DNA of 64,000 nt, taken from NCBI RefSeq assembly GCF_021869535.1, contig NW_026262648.1:1922001-1986000 (forward strand), in the 5' to 3' direction. How positions within the stretch are numbered: position 1 is the first letter of the stretch; every line of letters begins with the position of its first letter. A model generated the notes under the pieces. The model saw only the letters and a program-made list of their open reading frames with translations, ran no database searches and was not told the DNA's origin. Below, one piece after another: positions 1 through 11,767 of this stretch. The DNA comes from Mytilus californianus (lineage: Eukaryota). Position numbers and translations under genes: made by a program.

Positions 1-660
1 ATGTCCTCTCACTAAATAATTCAAAGTCAGGTGACCATGTTGAACGCATCTATCCCATCGAAATTGAAATAAAAGATGCATTAGATACATTAGATACAGT
101 TATATCTGCCTCATATCTCGAAAATGACAAGGAGGGTTGGTTGCGAAAAAAGCTTTACGACAAAAGAGATAATTTCAGCTTCCCAATTGTGATCTTTTCA
201 TTTCTATGTAGCTAAATTCCAGCAGCACCTGCATATGAGGTATATATCTCCATGTTGATACGATATTCCAGAGCTTGCATTTCCTATCATGATTTCCTTG
301 ATAGAGAGTTGAGGTTTACAAGGAAGCTATTGAACCAAGAGTTCTAAGTGAGGAAGTCGAAATCATCCCTTCGAAAATTTAACGGACGCCATCATGTGTT
401 GGTTGACCGTTATGGAATATCTGTTTCACATATGACGACTGATATGTTAAACTGTTGTAACCACAATCCCTTCGTCTTTTCCTTGAATGTGACCTACCGA
501 ATTAGATTTATCAACGAATTTGTAATAACATGAGTAACTTGACGGGTGCCACATGTTGTGTAAGATCTGCTTAGCATTCCAGAGCACCAAAAATCACCCC
601 TGGTTTTTGGTGGGGTTCGTATTGTTCATTCTTTAGTTTTCTGTGTTGTGTTTTGTGAAC
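1..660 (+). mobile_element. Penelope-like element, decayed C-terminal RT half plus 3' UTR
   Basis: Interrupted frame reads VLSLNNSK...RIYPIEIEIKD...KLYDKRDNFSFPIV...PAAPAYEVYIS.LIRYSRAC...RKLLNQ; stops and deletions present. Confidence 0.8.
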
Positions 661-2478
661 TATTGCTTGTAATCTATAGCTTTACTTGGAATTATGTATT
701 TATGGCAATTTAATGTTAATTGGAAAACACATGTCTTAAGCACCAAACATGGATGTATTTTATATCATTCAATATACAAATCTAAGGCTGATTGATTGAT
801 TTTCAAACATTTCTTTACTAACATTACGTCAAACTTAATCGCATGTGGATGTATTTTTAACAAGCAATTCCCTTAAAATCTGCGCAGTTTTTTTTTATAT
901 AAAAGTATATTGAAAGATCAATAAACAATGAAAAATGAAACAATGGCGGTAAATATTATCTTCTCCTTATTAATCTTTTACTTTAAATATGACTAGAAAC
1001 AAGTGCTAAGACAAAAAGATGTCGATTTCATAAGTAATTGGAGATAGACCATCATACGAAACTGGAATCTAGGAAAACTAACATTTCCATATTCGCTGAT
1101 ACACAATCGTGTACGTCATAAATGTTAATTATTATTGTAAATAATACTAATGAAAACATATGTAAATCATTTCAATTACTGAAAAAATTCATCCACTTAC
1201 CAAAATAGTGTAGAATAAATATCAGATTGCCGAATTTCATTTTTGTCAAGCTTATTTATCTGAAAAATAAAGTGAAGGCTATTTACGTTTTTTCACAAAT
1301 GAAAAAAAAATTATTCTTATATGACAATGTAGAATGAATCGAGACATACATAATTGATAATCAAGTGGGTGATGTGTTACAAGTGCTAATGTTATACCAG
1401 TACGAAGGCCATCATTGGCTCATCATTCCAAAATTACATTTACAGCAAACATTCATGAACATGTGTGGTTATGCTCTTTGAATACTTAAGAGTTAGATTC
1501 AATGTTTTTTTCTGTATTTCTGTAACAGATCTTTAATTAATATGTCGAAATTGACTTGTTTTCCATTTTCTTTTCTAATTTTTAAAATTTATTATTTCAA
1601 TGCTTCTTTTAAACACATATTCCTACCCGGTGTGTCCAACATGACTCCAGTGTGAATATTTTAGTTATGAAATGTACCTTAACATAATACCCTTTCTCTA
1701 TTTTGTTCCTATAAAACGAGTTAGTGTTATGACAGAAACATTAAAACACAAATAAAATAAGAACCGAAAGATTTTAAAACAAATACAATTTGCGCAGTTG
1801 ATTCAATCTATGAAACTTTGATTCTCTCGTCAAAAATATCAATATAAATGCACAATTAAGAACGTTTTCATCGGATGTGAGTTTACACTTTTAGAACATT
1901 GGAATGAAATTATGTTTGTAAATGGTGCATTATTTCCAAATGAACTTCGTTACTCTGTGCACTTATAGAGCATAAACATCTTTTGTGGAAGAATAAATCT
2001 AGACAAATTCTTAACATCGTAGAAAATATTCTTTAGCATGTCAATGAAATTTAATATCCATACAAGAAACATCACTATATTTAAAACTGTACATATGGAT
2101 CACAATATGATACCTTAAATGCATAGATACGCAAAACACATAAAATATAAACCCTACAGGTGCTTTCGATTAGTTTCAATGGTACCTCAAAACTGGTAAT
2201 ATTCAAGGAAAAAAGAAAATAAAACTTTATAAATGTCGAGCTATTCCCGATTGTGACATTTTTACGGAGTGTGAATTCGCATGACTGGTGATGCATGCAT
2301 AGCAGGTGACGCTTACCATGTTAACGCACCGCTTACCATGTTAACGCACCATTCTCGCTCATTTTTGAGTTCATGCAATTCCCTCTGTTTCTGTGTGTAA
2401 CCTCGATTTGTCTATTCCTAACCGATTTACGTGATTTGAACATCGGTGAACTATTGTTGATTTAATTTACTTGCTTAC

Positions 2479-2617
2479 GTCATTTAAAGTTCCAGTAACT
2501 TCAAAGCATTTAATACATCGGCTATAAAGGAATTCATCCACACCATCATGTTGTTTTTCCTCTAGTTGAAAATGATATCCAATACAGTTCTTGATGTGCT
2601 GGGAACACTGGACTGTA
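2479..2617 (-). CDS. Adenylyl cyclase-like protein, exon 7 (end of C1a)
   Basis: tttag|T ACA GTC...AAT GAC|gtaagc; TVQCSQHIKNCIGYHFQLEEKQHDGVDEFLYSRCIKCFEVTGTLND aligns with the AC RIHIT...YL...I.TFLI segment; phase fits exon 6. Confidence 0.8.
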
Positions 2618-2902
2618 CTAAAATTATTGAAAAAAAATTATTTGGGGTATTAATGAAATAAGAAATTATGACTACATATGACGCTGTCGTAAAAACAATA
2701 TTTCATATAAGAATAAACAAGCATCCACACATTCAATAATATTAGAATCTCCCTAGCAAAATGTGTCGACAGTTTTGTTTAATTCAAAAGACTCAAATAA
2801 AATCTTACTCGTTATTATCTGATTTTACTATTTGATTTGAAAATATTAAACCTTTTTCAATAAACATGTTTGTGAATATGAAAGCCGCAGATTGTATCTC
2901 AC

Positions 2903-3061
2903 CCATAATCCCCGGTTTCCAGTATCTGTTTTGCAATATTCAAATCTTCTCCAAAAGCATCAGCCGAAGCATGGATCTGTCCTAAAAGTGCAATCCGTAT
3001 GTCTCCTATGTGTATGCAAGCTCTAGCGTTTATATCCACTCCTTGTTTCATAGAAAATTGC
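2903..3061 (-). CDS. Adenylyl cyclase-like protein, exon 6 (C1a)
   Basis: aatag|G CAA...TAT GG|gtgaga; RQFSMKQGVDINARACIHIGDIRIALLGQIHASADAFGEDLNIAKQILETGDYG resembles VNMRVGIHSG..CGVLG..KWQFDVWS.DVTLAN.ME.GG. Confidence 0.85.
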
Positions 3062-3172
3062 CTATTTGACAAAATTGAATCATAATGATTTTAGTGATGA
3101 CAATTGATATCAATTTCGAGGTAAGTTGATAAGCTTTGCTTCTGTCACCAAATTTTACTTTATAACCGCCTC

Positions 3173-3370
3173 GATGGTCTCGTGGTAGCGAGCTGGATTC
3201 GGGGATGGGAGGTCGTGGGTTCAATCTCGGGTCGGGTCAAACAAAAGACTTGAAAATTGGTATTTACTATTTCTCCACTAAGCAGGCAGAATGTAGGAGT
3301 AAAGTAACGATTGGTCCACTCGGAGTCGGAATAATTTGTCCGGCTAGGAAGACATGTCTTCCTGCAGACT
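3173..3370 (+). mobile_element. tRNA-derived SINE (Meta/MESC-type core)
   Basis: A-box-like TGGTCTCGTGG, B-box-like GGTTCAATCTC, then GGTCAAACAAAAGACTTGAAAATTGGTATTT core; related copies at 16355 and 48602. Confidence 0.65.
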
Positions 3371-3506
3371 GATTAAACACGTTAAACAACTAATAAATAG
3401 GTTTAACAACTCGTGAGAATTGGATATCGCTTGATATCAACTCTCGTTACTTAATTTAAATAGTAATAATAAACTCGCCGAAGGTTTTATAGACAATAAT
3501 GAAAGC

Positions 3507-4187
3507 AATAAAATTGAGAATGGAAAGGGGGAATGCATCAAAGAGACAACAATCCGACCAAAGAGCAGAAAACAGCTCAACACATGCTCAAGGCCCTGAA
3601 TGAGTCTTCATCACAGCGAGAAAATCACGCACCCGGAGGCAACCTTCAGCTAGCCCCTAAACAATTATGTATACTAACTCAGCGAAAATGGACATCACAC
3701 TAATCTCCGAAACATAAATGAACCAAAATTAAAAAAACATACAAGACTAACAAAGGCCAGAGGTTCCTGACTTGGGACAGGCGCAAAAGTGCGGCGGGGT
3801 TAAACATGTTTTGTGAGATCTCAACCCTCCACCTATACCTCTAGCCAATGTTGAATAAACAAACACACAGCAATACGCACAGTAAAATTCAGTTCCAAAG
3901 AAGTCTGAGTCCGATGTTAGAATAGATAACAGAAGAAACTAAGCAAAATGACAATAATTAACATAAATTTACAAAGGACTACTAGCAGTTACTGACATGC
4001 CAGATCCAGACTTCAATTAAACTGATTTAAAGATTATGTCTTCATCATATGCAAATCAAGCACAATCCCTCCCGTTAGGGGTTTAGTATCATACCATCAT
4101 AAAATATACGAGAAGAACATAACCCGTATCACGCCAACAACTGGTTTTAGAATAAATGTGTATATTTCCGATGCAAAGACCCTATGA
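3507..4187 (-). mobile_element. Penelope-like family A, 3' UTR part; resumes at 6001-6085 after a composite insertion
   Basis: Collinear with 20946-21640, 26550-27180 and 57785-58548; broken at CCCT ATGA and resumes ATGA GCGAATC at 6001. Confidence 0.85.
4040..4115 (-). ncRNA. SECIS-like element, family A copy
   Basis: ATGA T GGTATGATACT AAA CCCCTAACGGGA GGGATTGTGCT TGAT. Confidence 0.65.
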
Positions 4188-4656
4188 GGTATAAAACCAC
4201 TAATTCATAGCCCCATTGCTTTCTATGTTAAATTCTGCAATTTCAAGCATAAATGGCTACTTTGTCTTACGTTCAAATTAAGTGGCAGTTATTTCATGTC
4301 AAAACTGTACCTTATGCTGACTTGTGCTGAAAAAATCAACATACCTTTAATTGCATATTAGAGCGTACTGGTTCCCGGAAGTTTGATAGTACAGAAACAG
4401 GAACTTCTGATCTGAACAACAGGCCAAATGAGCCCTCCTATCAAAATTTCATATACTTCTTTATTATTCAAATAAAACTTTCAACTAGGGTTCTACAGTG
4501 ATTCCAAGTCCCAAAGCTTTCATTTGATACTAAAACTACCCAAATATTCCCACTATTGACAAAGATACAGCTATGAGTAGGAACTATTTTGTTTAAAATA
4601 TGTACTACTTTCTTGTATGTTCTTTCCGACCGGGCCTGAATTAGTGGTTCTATACC
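4188..4656. mobile_element. 469-bp MITE, copy 1
   Basis: Imperfect ~25-bp TIRs GGTATAAAACCACTAATTCATAGCCC / GGGCCTGAATTAGTGGTTCTATACC. Confidence 0.85.
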
Positions 4657-5531
4657 TATAACAGCACCAAACTTGTTATATTGACTTCTGCTTGACTTAA
4701 TTTCCTTCTATGATCTATTTCTAGCATAGAAAAACACATAAAGCTTTTGTCAAAACAATATATCACTGAATTCAAGCTCAAATTGGACTGGTAGTAACAT
4801 ATGCGTTAAACAAAGAAAACTACATATGGATACTAATAGTGACAGATATGACACTTTTTCAATTTTTACCAGTTCTGATTTGTTAATATCTACTCAAATA
4901 ACAGTGTTCTTACCTATATGTCTTATTTTTATCAGGGATTCTTCCTTGAATATAAATACAGTGGTCCAAACATAAAATATAATTGATAATTTTATCCCCC
5001 CTTTTTTCTACATGTTGGAAAAGGATAGTGATTTGGTAAAAAAAACATACTTTTATGTATAAACATGGATCAACAAGAGCAATTCATGTATCTCCAAGAT
5101 AGACAACTTGCTAAAATGGTTATAAAATGCATTTCAAGTGAGATTTTGGAATTCCTATATAAGTATACACCAATTTTCCTTGAAATAAATAACTCACCAA
5201 GAAACACAATAAAACATGAACACTCACTAGATAATTTGACCAAAAACAATATTTATACTATAAACTAGTCATAATATACAAGTTTCATTGGTTTCAGTGT
5301 TAGATAATCCAAAAATTTAAATTTCAGGTAAAATCTTAACTGTGTGCATGCTAAATGACCAAAAAAGGCTAAAATACCTTATTGTAGCAATTTGAGGGCT
5401 GTAATTTGACACTAACATAATTGTTACATAAAAAAAATAATGTAACATGATTTCTGACAACAAATGTGACCAATTTTCACTGTAAAGGGTATGATTTCTA
5501 AAAATAGAATTTAACATGCCTGTCAGTAATA

Positions 5532-6000
5532 GGTATAAAACCACTAATTCATAGCCCCATTGCTTTCTATGTTAAATTCTGCAATTTCAAGCATAAATGG
5601 CTACTTTGTCTTACGTTCAAATTAAGTGGCAGTTATTTCATGTCAAAACTGTACCTTATGCTGACTTGTGCTGAAAAAATCAACATACCTTTAATTGCAT
5701 ATTAGAGCGTACTGGTTCCCGGAAGTTTGATAGTACAGAAACAGGAACTTCTGATCTGAACAACAGGCCAAATGAGCCCTCCTATCAAAATTTCATATAC
5801 TTCTTTATTATTCAAATAAAACTTTCAACTAGGGTTCTACAGTGATTCCAAGTCCCAAAGCTTTCATTTGATACTAAAACTACCCAAATATTCCCACTAT
5901 TGACAAAGATACAGCTATGAGTAGGAACTATTTTGTTTAAAATATGTACTACTTTCTTGTATGTTCTTTCCGACCGGGCCTGAATTAGTGGTTCTATACC
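5532..6000. mobile_element. 469-bp MITE, copy 2 (direct orientation)
   Basis: Same length and TIRs; no difference from copy 1 found by eye. Confidence 0.85.
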
Positions 6001-6167
6001 ATGAGCGAATCAATTTTAATTCCAAAAAATACCATCTTTAATGACCTGACAACATTATCGTAACTATATCTCTTCTGGATAAGTCTGCAGGTTTATATAC
6101 TAATAGAAAAATCTACTTCGCATAATACTTGCACATCTGTAGATTTTAAACTATTCTCCCGCACATC

Positions 6168-6257
6168 ATATAGACCATCGCACATAAGAAAAAGGACCAT
6201 CGCACTTCAGCGTGAGTATCACACTTCAGAGTTCCCATCTAACCTCCGAGTCCTACA
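6168..6257. mobile_element. Degenerate right end of the AAAGTGCGATGG-repeat TIR family
   Basis: CCATCGCAC motifs ending GAGTCCTACA, as at 54143-54166. Confidence 0.55.
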
Positions 6258-6630
6258 TATTTATTTGCTAGAAGCTTGCAAATGATTTCGTGATTTTATC
6301 AAAATTAATTTCAAGCAATAATTTCGTTTTTGATAGACAAGCAATTTTCTGCAGCGGAACACTCGTGATACCAGTCCCTTATGCCTACAACCTTTTGAAG
6401 AGAAAAGCAACTTGCATATCCGAGAACTGCTTGCTGTACCTAGACGGTTAAGAAAAATGTCATGATGTTATCTTTGAAAATAAAAATCAGATTTCATAGG
6501 ATTTCATATTATTATTAGGAATGTTTTAATGTGTGTAATTCAGAAACATTTATTTTGTGTCGCTTGAAATGAACTATTCACAACAAAATATTGTAACGAT
6601 AAGAAATAACCAGATTTATTCTATACTTAC

Positions 6631-6758
6631 CGTACTTTATTGAGTATAGATAAACTCATATTGACAGACATTTCTGCTGGTCTGTACCCGGAGTCCAACA
6701 CGTCACTTATGAACACAAATTTATTCAAATGTGATCCTACCATTCTTTGTTTACAACT
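6631..6758 (-). CDS. Adenylyl cyclase-like protein, exon 5 (C1a)
   Basis: ttgcag|AGT TGT...GTA CG|gtaagt; SCKQRMVGSHLNKFVFISDVLDSGYRPAEMSVNMSLSILNKVR aligns with HCLRIKILGDCYYCVSGL...HA..CV.MGL.M..AI..VR. Confidence 0.8.
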
Positions 6759-7657
6759 CTGCAACAAAATATATACTGACATCTATGGTTATCAAATATC
6801 AGTATATTTCGTATGATTTCATTATATTTCCCTAATACATTTGATTATTTAGCAGCGATCAACCTTTTAGTTTTAAGGCACCTATTGTACATCATTTAAA
6901 TATAAGAAATACAAAAACATATCGTATCGTCGGTCGTAAATTGTACCTGCAGAATGTTTTCCAGACTCTCACTAGTATGGTGCTCCTTTAAAATTGATAT
7001 AGATAAAATCAGGCGGTAGTAGTTTACCGATGTTCAAATCTCGTCAATTGATTAGGAAGAGATAAATCAACGTAAACAACATAATCTAAGCGAATCGCAT
7101 GAAAACCAAAAGGAGCGAAACTGGGTGCGTCAAAAGGGCAATCGTCTCCTGATATGCATGCATCACCCGCCATGATACCATCATTAATTCTAACATTGTA
7201 TAATTATACGGAGATGTTGCAAAACTCCTATCCACATAAAAACGGACAGGAGTGTATTTTATATGTCTGATATTTTAGAAATTTGCAACACCTATTTTCG
7301 TGATCTTGTTTCTCTTGATCTTAATGGAGGTGGGTTTTTTTCAAAATGCCATTGTGAATCTCCTAAGTTATCTTGGTCATAAATGGATCATGAATGTATA
7401 TTTTGATATGCAAAAACCTATCATAGACCTGTAATTGCAACATGAGCAATAAGTATTTTCACATCTTACATAACGTTAGACAGATATCAACAGATGCAGA
7501 AAAATAACCATTAATCGATTTGGACCATTAACTTCTTTGAAAGCACACGATAGACTATAGTTGGAGCCAGAATATTTTCATGATATATTGAATTCCTTGC
7601 CATACGTGTTATGATAATGATAAATATATAGGTTGTATAATTTCTGTCTATGCACAC

Positions 7658-7766
7658 CTTTGACAAAACTTCTAAACAATCTAATATCTCTTTTAAGGCC
7701 GTGAATGTTGACATTTCTTTAGTTGGAAATAAGTCATCCAACATCACCAGCTGAATCACTGAAATA
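7658..7766 (-). CDS. Adenylyl cyclase-like protein, exon 4 (start of C1a)
   Basis: tttatttag|T ATT TCA GTG...TCA AAG|gtgtgc; S-ISVIQLVMLDDLFPTKEMSTFTALKEILDCLEVLSK aligns with S-ILFADIEGFTSL...LNELFARFDKLA; phase-2 intron after NVS. Confidence 0.75.
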
Positions 7767-8316
7767 CTAAATAAAACATTAATTAAATAAAATCCAACTT
7801 AACATTGGAATTAACTGTATAAAAATCTCAACAATAAACCGCACTGCACGTTGTAGTAATGTTCCCTATTTAGCTGAATTAACTTTTACGAAGTTAAATA
7901 TTTACTATATAAAGTATCTACCCATTTAAGAAAAACAGAAAAGTCACTGCAATTTACTATACTTAAATTTGCTCTCACTGTGTCATATTAGTACTATGCA
8001 TATTTCAATGTTGTACATCGGAAGACTCAACGCATTAACGAATAATATATTTAGTATAATTCAAACATTGGCTTGATGAGCTGCATTCTTAACTTTATTC
8101 TTAATCTTGATTCACATCTGTTTATATATAATTTTATATAATATATATATTTTATTAAATGATTATCTTCTGCTCTAATCGAATTGAAATAGAAAAAATA
8201 TCTGATTAAATGTGAAAAGTCTTGTAGCATGACAAAATTGTACTAAATCAAAGTAAATGTTACGTTGATCAAACTTATGGTGGATACCACCATCTTTTTA
8301 TTCTTTTAACGGTTAC

Positions 8317-8441
8317 CTAACATTTTTGTAGCAACATGTGTACATATTCTTTTCGATTTCGTCCTGGGTGCCTTCTGATTTAATGTCCTGGAGCATTATT
8401 GAAGCTAATGTGAGTGGCATTCTGGTAAGAAGAGTCTTTTC
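8317..8441 (-). CDS. Adenylyl cyclase-like protein, exon 3 (signalling helix)
   Basis: ttgcag|GAA AAG...GTT AG|gtaacc; EKTLLTRMPLTLASIMLQDIKSEG...KNMYTCCYKNV resembles [20 protein letters not shown]...HKIYIQKHDNV. Confidence 0.85.
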
Positions 8442-8982
8442 CTGCAAATTATATATATATGACATTATTTACTATAAACAAATAACACGTGCAGAGAGTT
8501 TTCTTCTGTTATATCCAATGATTCATTACTCTAATGTAGAAACTCTGATCGTCGTTCTGTTTTGAAGTAACATATCCCGCCAGGTTAAAAAGCAAACTAT
8601 GAAGAAGAAAAAGAAGAAAATTATAATTGATTTGTAACAGAAAGTTGGAATGCTCATTTTGCGCTCAAACTTTTGAAAAACTCATAGCATTGTAACCAAG
8701 AATTTGCACGTTTGTGCTGCTAAGCATACCCCTACTCGTAATTCAAAGTTTCGGAAAAAAGAAAGTAGATGTCTGATAGATCCAAAAGTGCTTAACATTA
8801 CAATGCATTATTTTCAAGCTACTGACAAAGTATGAGGCCATTCTGTTGAATGTTAGTGTGACTGGGTGATACCTCATAAACCTCTTTGAATATTAGGAAC
8901 ATTTCTATTTAGACCAAGACAGAGATCACATACTCAAATTATGCAACTGATATAACAAGCCATTCTTGTTAATGATGTTTAC

Positions 8983-9132
8983 CTGCTCTATTAAAATGTT
9001 TACTGTGATTTCCTGTTCTTTCTTTGCCACGATTTGAGCTGAAAACGACTTCCTCATGTCCGTATCTAAGTATAAGTTCATGGAAAATCCTAACAGAAAT
9101 ATTGGTATCATGAGTAGAAAAAATAGGATGAT
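8983..9132 (-). CDS. Adenylyl cyclase-like protein, exon 2 (last M1 helix and coiled coil)
   Basis: ttccag|ATC ATC...GAG CAG|gtaaac; IILFFLLMIPIFLLGFSMNLYLDTDMRKSFSAQIVAKKEQEITVNILIEQ. Confidence 0.85.
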
Positions 9133-9479
9133 CTGGAAATAAATTAAAGAAATAAACTGTTTATTGTTATGAAGTATTTAATGAATATGAATAAAATGAT
9201 AATTAGAATATACGCCAATTTAACAGAACCCTATTGCCATAAATCAATTAAAAGATATCACGAGGGAAATAAATATAAAAATTAAAATATATGATATGAT
9301 TGACAATGAGACAAATTTCCACCGAAGACCAAACGACGTAGATGTAAGCATTTACATGTCATCGTAACGATGAGAAAATTCAATACCGTATAGAAAGTTA
9401 TAAAATGTCCTGACACGATAAAATGTAAAACATTTCAAACAAGAAAAAACCAACTGTCTGACACTTACGGTCCTACATC

Positions 9480-10095
9480 CTATCGATACTTAAATTATAT
9501 TTCGGTATTCCACAAAGTCATGTTTTATCTCAGACTTTTATGGCGTCTTATGCTTAGTCAATTGGATGTGTACAGATTGATTTTTTAAATCTGGGAAATA
9601 TGATTTATTTATAAGTTATAATTCGCTTTGAACAGGATTTCGCTAACTGCGAGTACTCTTATATCAGTATTTCAAGTATTTAGGTTTTTCTTTGGTTGTG
9701 TTTGTGCTTTGTGTCGATCTGATGAGTCTGATTGGTCTTATATTGTGCTGTTCCAGGTAAGGGGAGTGTTTAACGCCCAAACATTCTTTAACCCCGCCAC
9801 ATGCTGTATGTGTCTATACTTAGTCAGATGCCTTCTATAAATCAGTGGGGTTGTTATTTGTTGTTGTCTACCTAACTAATTTCGTTTAATGTTTTAGCAT
9901 AAATCAGCCGTCAGTTTTCTCTTTTGAAGTGTTTTACATTTTGTCTTGCCAGAGCCTTTTATAGTTTACTACATTGGATGTGATTTGCTCTTTGTTGGAG
10001 GCCGTACTATGCCTAATAGTTTTTCTCATCCTTTGATATTTGGTGGATAGTTGTCTTATTGGCAATCATACCAGATCTCCTGATTTTTATGACAT
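9480..10095 (+). mobile_element. Penelope-like 3' UTR fragment (family D) plus an abundant interspersed-repeat tail
   Basis: Shares TAACTGCGAGTACTCT and a degenerate SECIS with 18140-18470 and 47640-48215. Confidence 0.5.
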
Positions 10096-11139
10096 AAGGT
10101 ACATAATAAATCTGAAAATATTTCGTCAAAGCGTTCTCATGTTAATGAACGGACACTGTTTGGCACTGTTCGAAAATCCGGTTATAAATACACACAATAC
10201 AAATCATTTGAGGGACAGTATTGAGATCTTCAGTCACAGTATAATATATAACTAACACAGAGTTACAAAAAAAGAATAAACAGTAATATACCGAATCAAA
10301 GAATGAAAACAAGCTCAACGTATGCTGAACCCACTGATATCAAATCATGTCGTCCGATACTCTAATATTGGTTGCTGTACTAAATAAGGATATATAACAC
10401 CATTTGTTTGAAACAACAGAGAAAGAAACCCACTTCTGAATTAGTATAGTCATATTCATGGTTAGGAAACTAGACAAACTAGTAATTCCTTTAAATTCAA
10501 TAGAATTATGGATTAAAATCTGACAATTAAAAAGAAGAAGATAAAAAGTTTACTTTGATCTAGAAGAAAATCAAAGTAAAACGAACAGTTTCTGTTAGGT
10601 CCGATGCATATTTTTTGTAAATTTTTACCAGGAAGCTTCGTAATCAAAAGTTTCGAAGAATAAAGAGAGCGTAAAAAGCATTGCAAAAAAAAATAAACAC
10701 GAAATTTGTCTAGGCTTTAACACAGATTATATTATTATCAATGTATGAAACAACTTTGCAGGTGAACAGTCAACTGAGAAAAACGTTGAAAGCAGTCAGA
10801 ATACTGTATCTAAACTATCTTGGCAAATAATGTTTGGACTCAATAGTATCTAATATCCAGTACGGTTACGGACCCTTTACAGACATGGAAAAGGTAGGAT
10901 TTCTTTTTATTTATTTGTTAATTGTATGATATCATACAGTTTGAATACACATATTACTATTTTCAGTTTTGAGATTTTATATTTTCTACAATCGTACAGT
11001 AATAGAGAAGCTAGTATAAATGCACGGCAAAATTATGAATACAGTGACCCTTGCCTCGAATTTAATTAATTTCTCATTCAATTGCGCACATTGAACGGAA
11101 AGAAACGTGCGGAAAGAAAGATATATATGTGTATATATA

Positions 11140-11260
11140 TATATAATTCGTCTAAACAACAGCCCAACAATGTTAGATCTGTAAATTTGCGGAAGCAATT
11201 TGTTTGTTCTTCCCTGGCCGGGATTCGAACTCATGCTACTGAGCTATCGTGGCATATATA
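11140..11260 (-). mobile_element. tRNA-derived SINE, 3' part
   Basis: B-box GTTCGAATCC then CGGCCAGGGAAGAAC...CAGATCTAACATTGTTGGGCTG; matches 58549-58735. Confidence 0.75.
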
Positions 11261-11723
11261 TATTTATATATAGATTATCCACTTTTTGCACTTCAATATT
11301 TGTATTTCTATGCATGGAACGAAAGAAATAACACGTGTCAAAAGGAAGTACCCGGTTTCGAAAAATGTGTAGGACACGATTTCGTTTTAAAATTATACAA
11401 AGCAGGACCCGTTGTCGTCATAAAGATTAGTGCATACTGTTACTATGTTAATGTAAACCTGACATTCAACAGGGGTTAAATTGCTCGTTGCACAACAATT
11501 TCTGGAAGGGGAAACTAATTATCTATTTGAATTCGTAAACACTTGAATTCCTGTTTTATTGGAACAAAAATAGTTTTAGTTTTGCATTGTATGAAAATGA
11601 ATATTTAAACGGCGAAATACAGATAGTAAATATTGTAACTCAATTTGCTTTTCGGTATGAATTATATGATTAGATTTAACTTCAACTTCGTACTTTATTT
11701 GTCTTTTTTCAACTTTTATTCGA

Positions 11724-11767
11724 ACGTCACCGATGAATCCTATGTAGACGAAACGCTCGTCTGACGT
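11724..11767 (+). ncRNA. Minimal type I hammerhead ribozyme, degenerate
   Basis: Stem I ACGTCA/TGACGT, core CCGATGA...GAAA, stem III ACG-CT-CGT, cleavage triplet GTC. Confidence 0.6.

Noticed and set aside
1-530. In-frame TGA (Sec) codons in retained RT fragments
   Set aside because: Cys positions use TGT/TGC; the stops seen are TAA decay mutations
1380-2300. Further cyclase-like exons (C1b/M2)
   Set aside because: No candidate combined the correct phase with an open frame
4188-6000. LTR/TRIM retrotransposon interpretation
   Set aside because: Repeats have long TIRs and GG..CC ends, with no PBS or PPT
7511-7657. 3' half of the 82-aa ORF
   Set aside because: Intronic read-through past the AAG|GTGTGC donor
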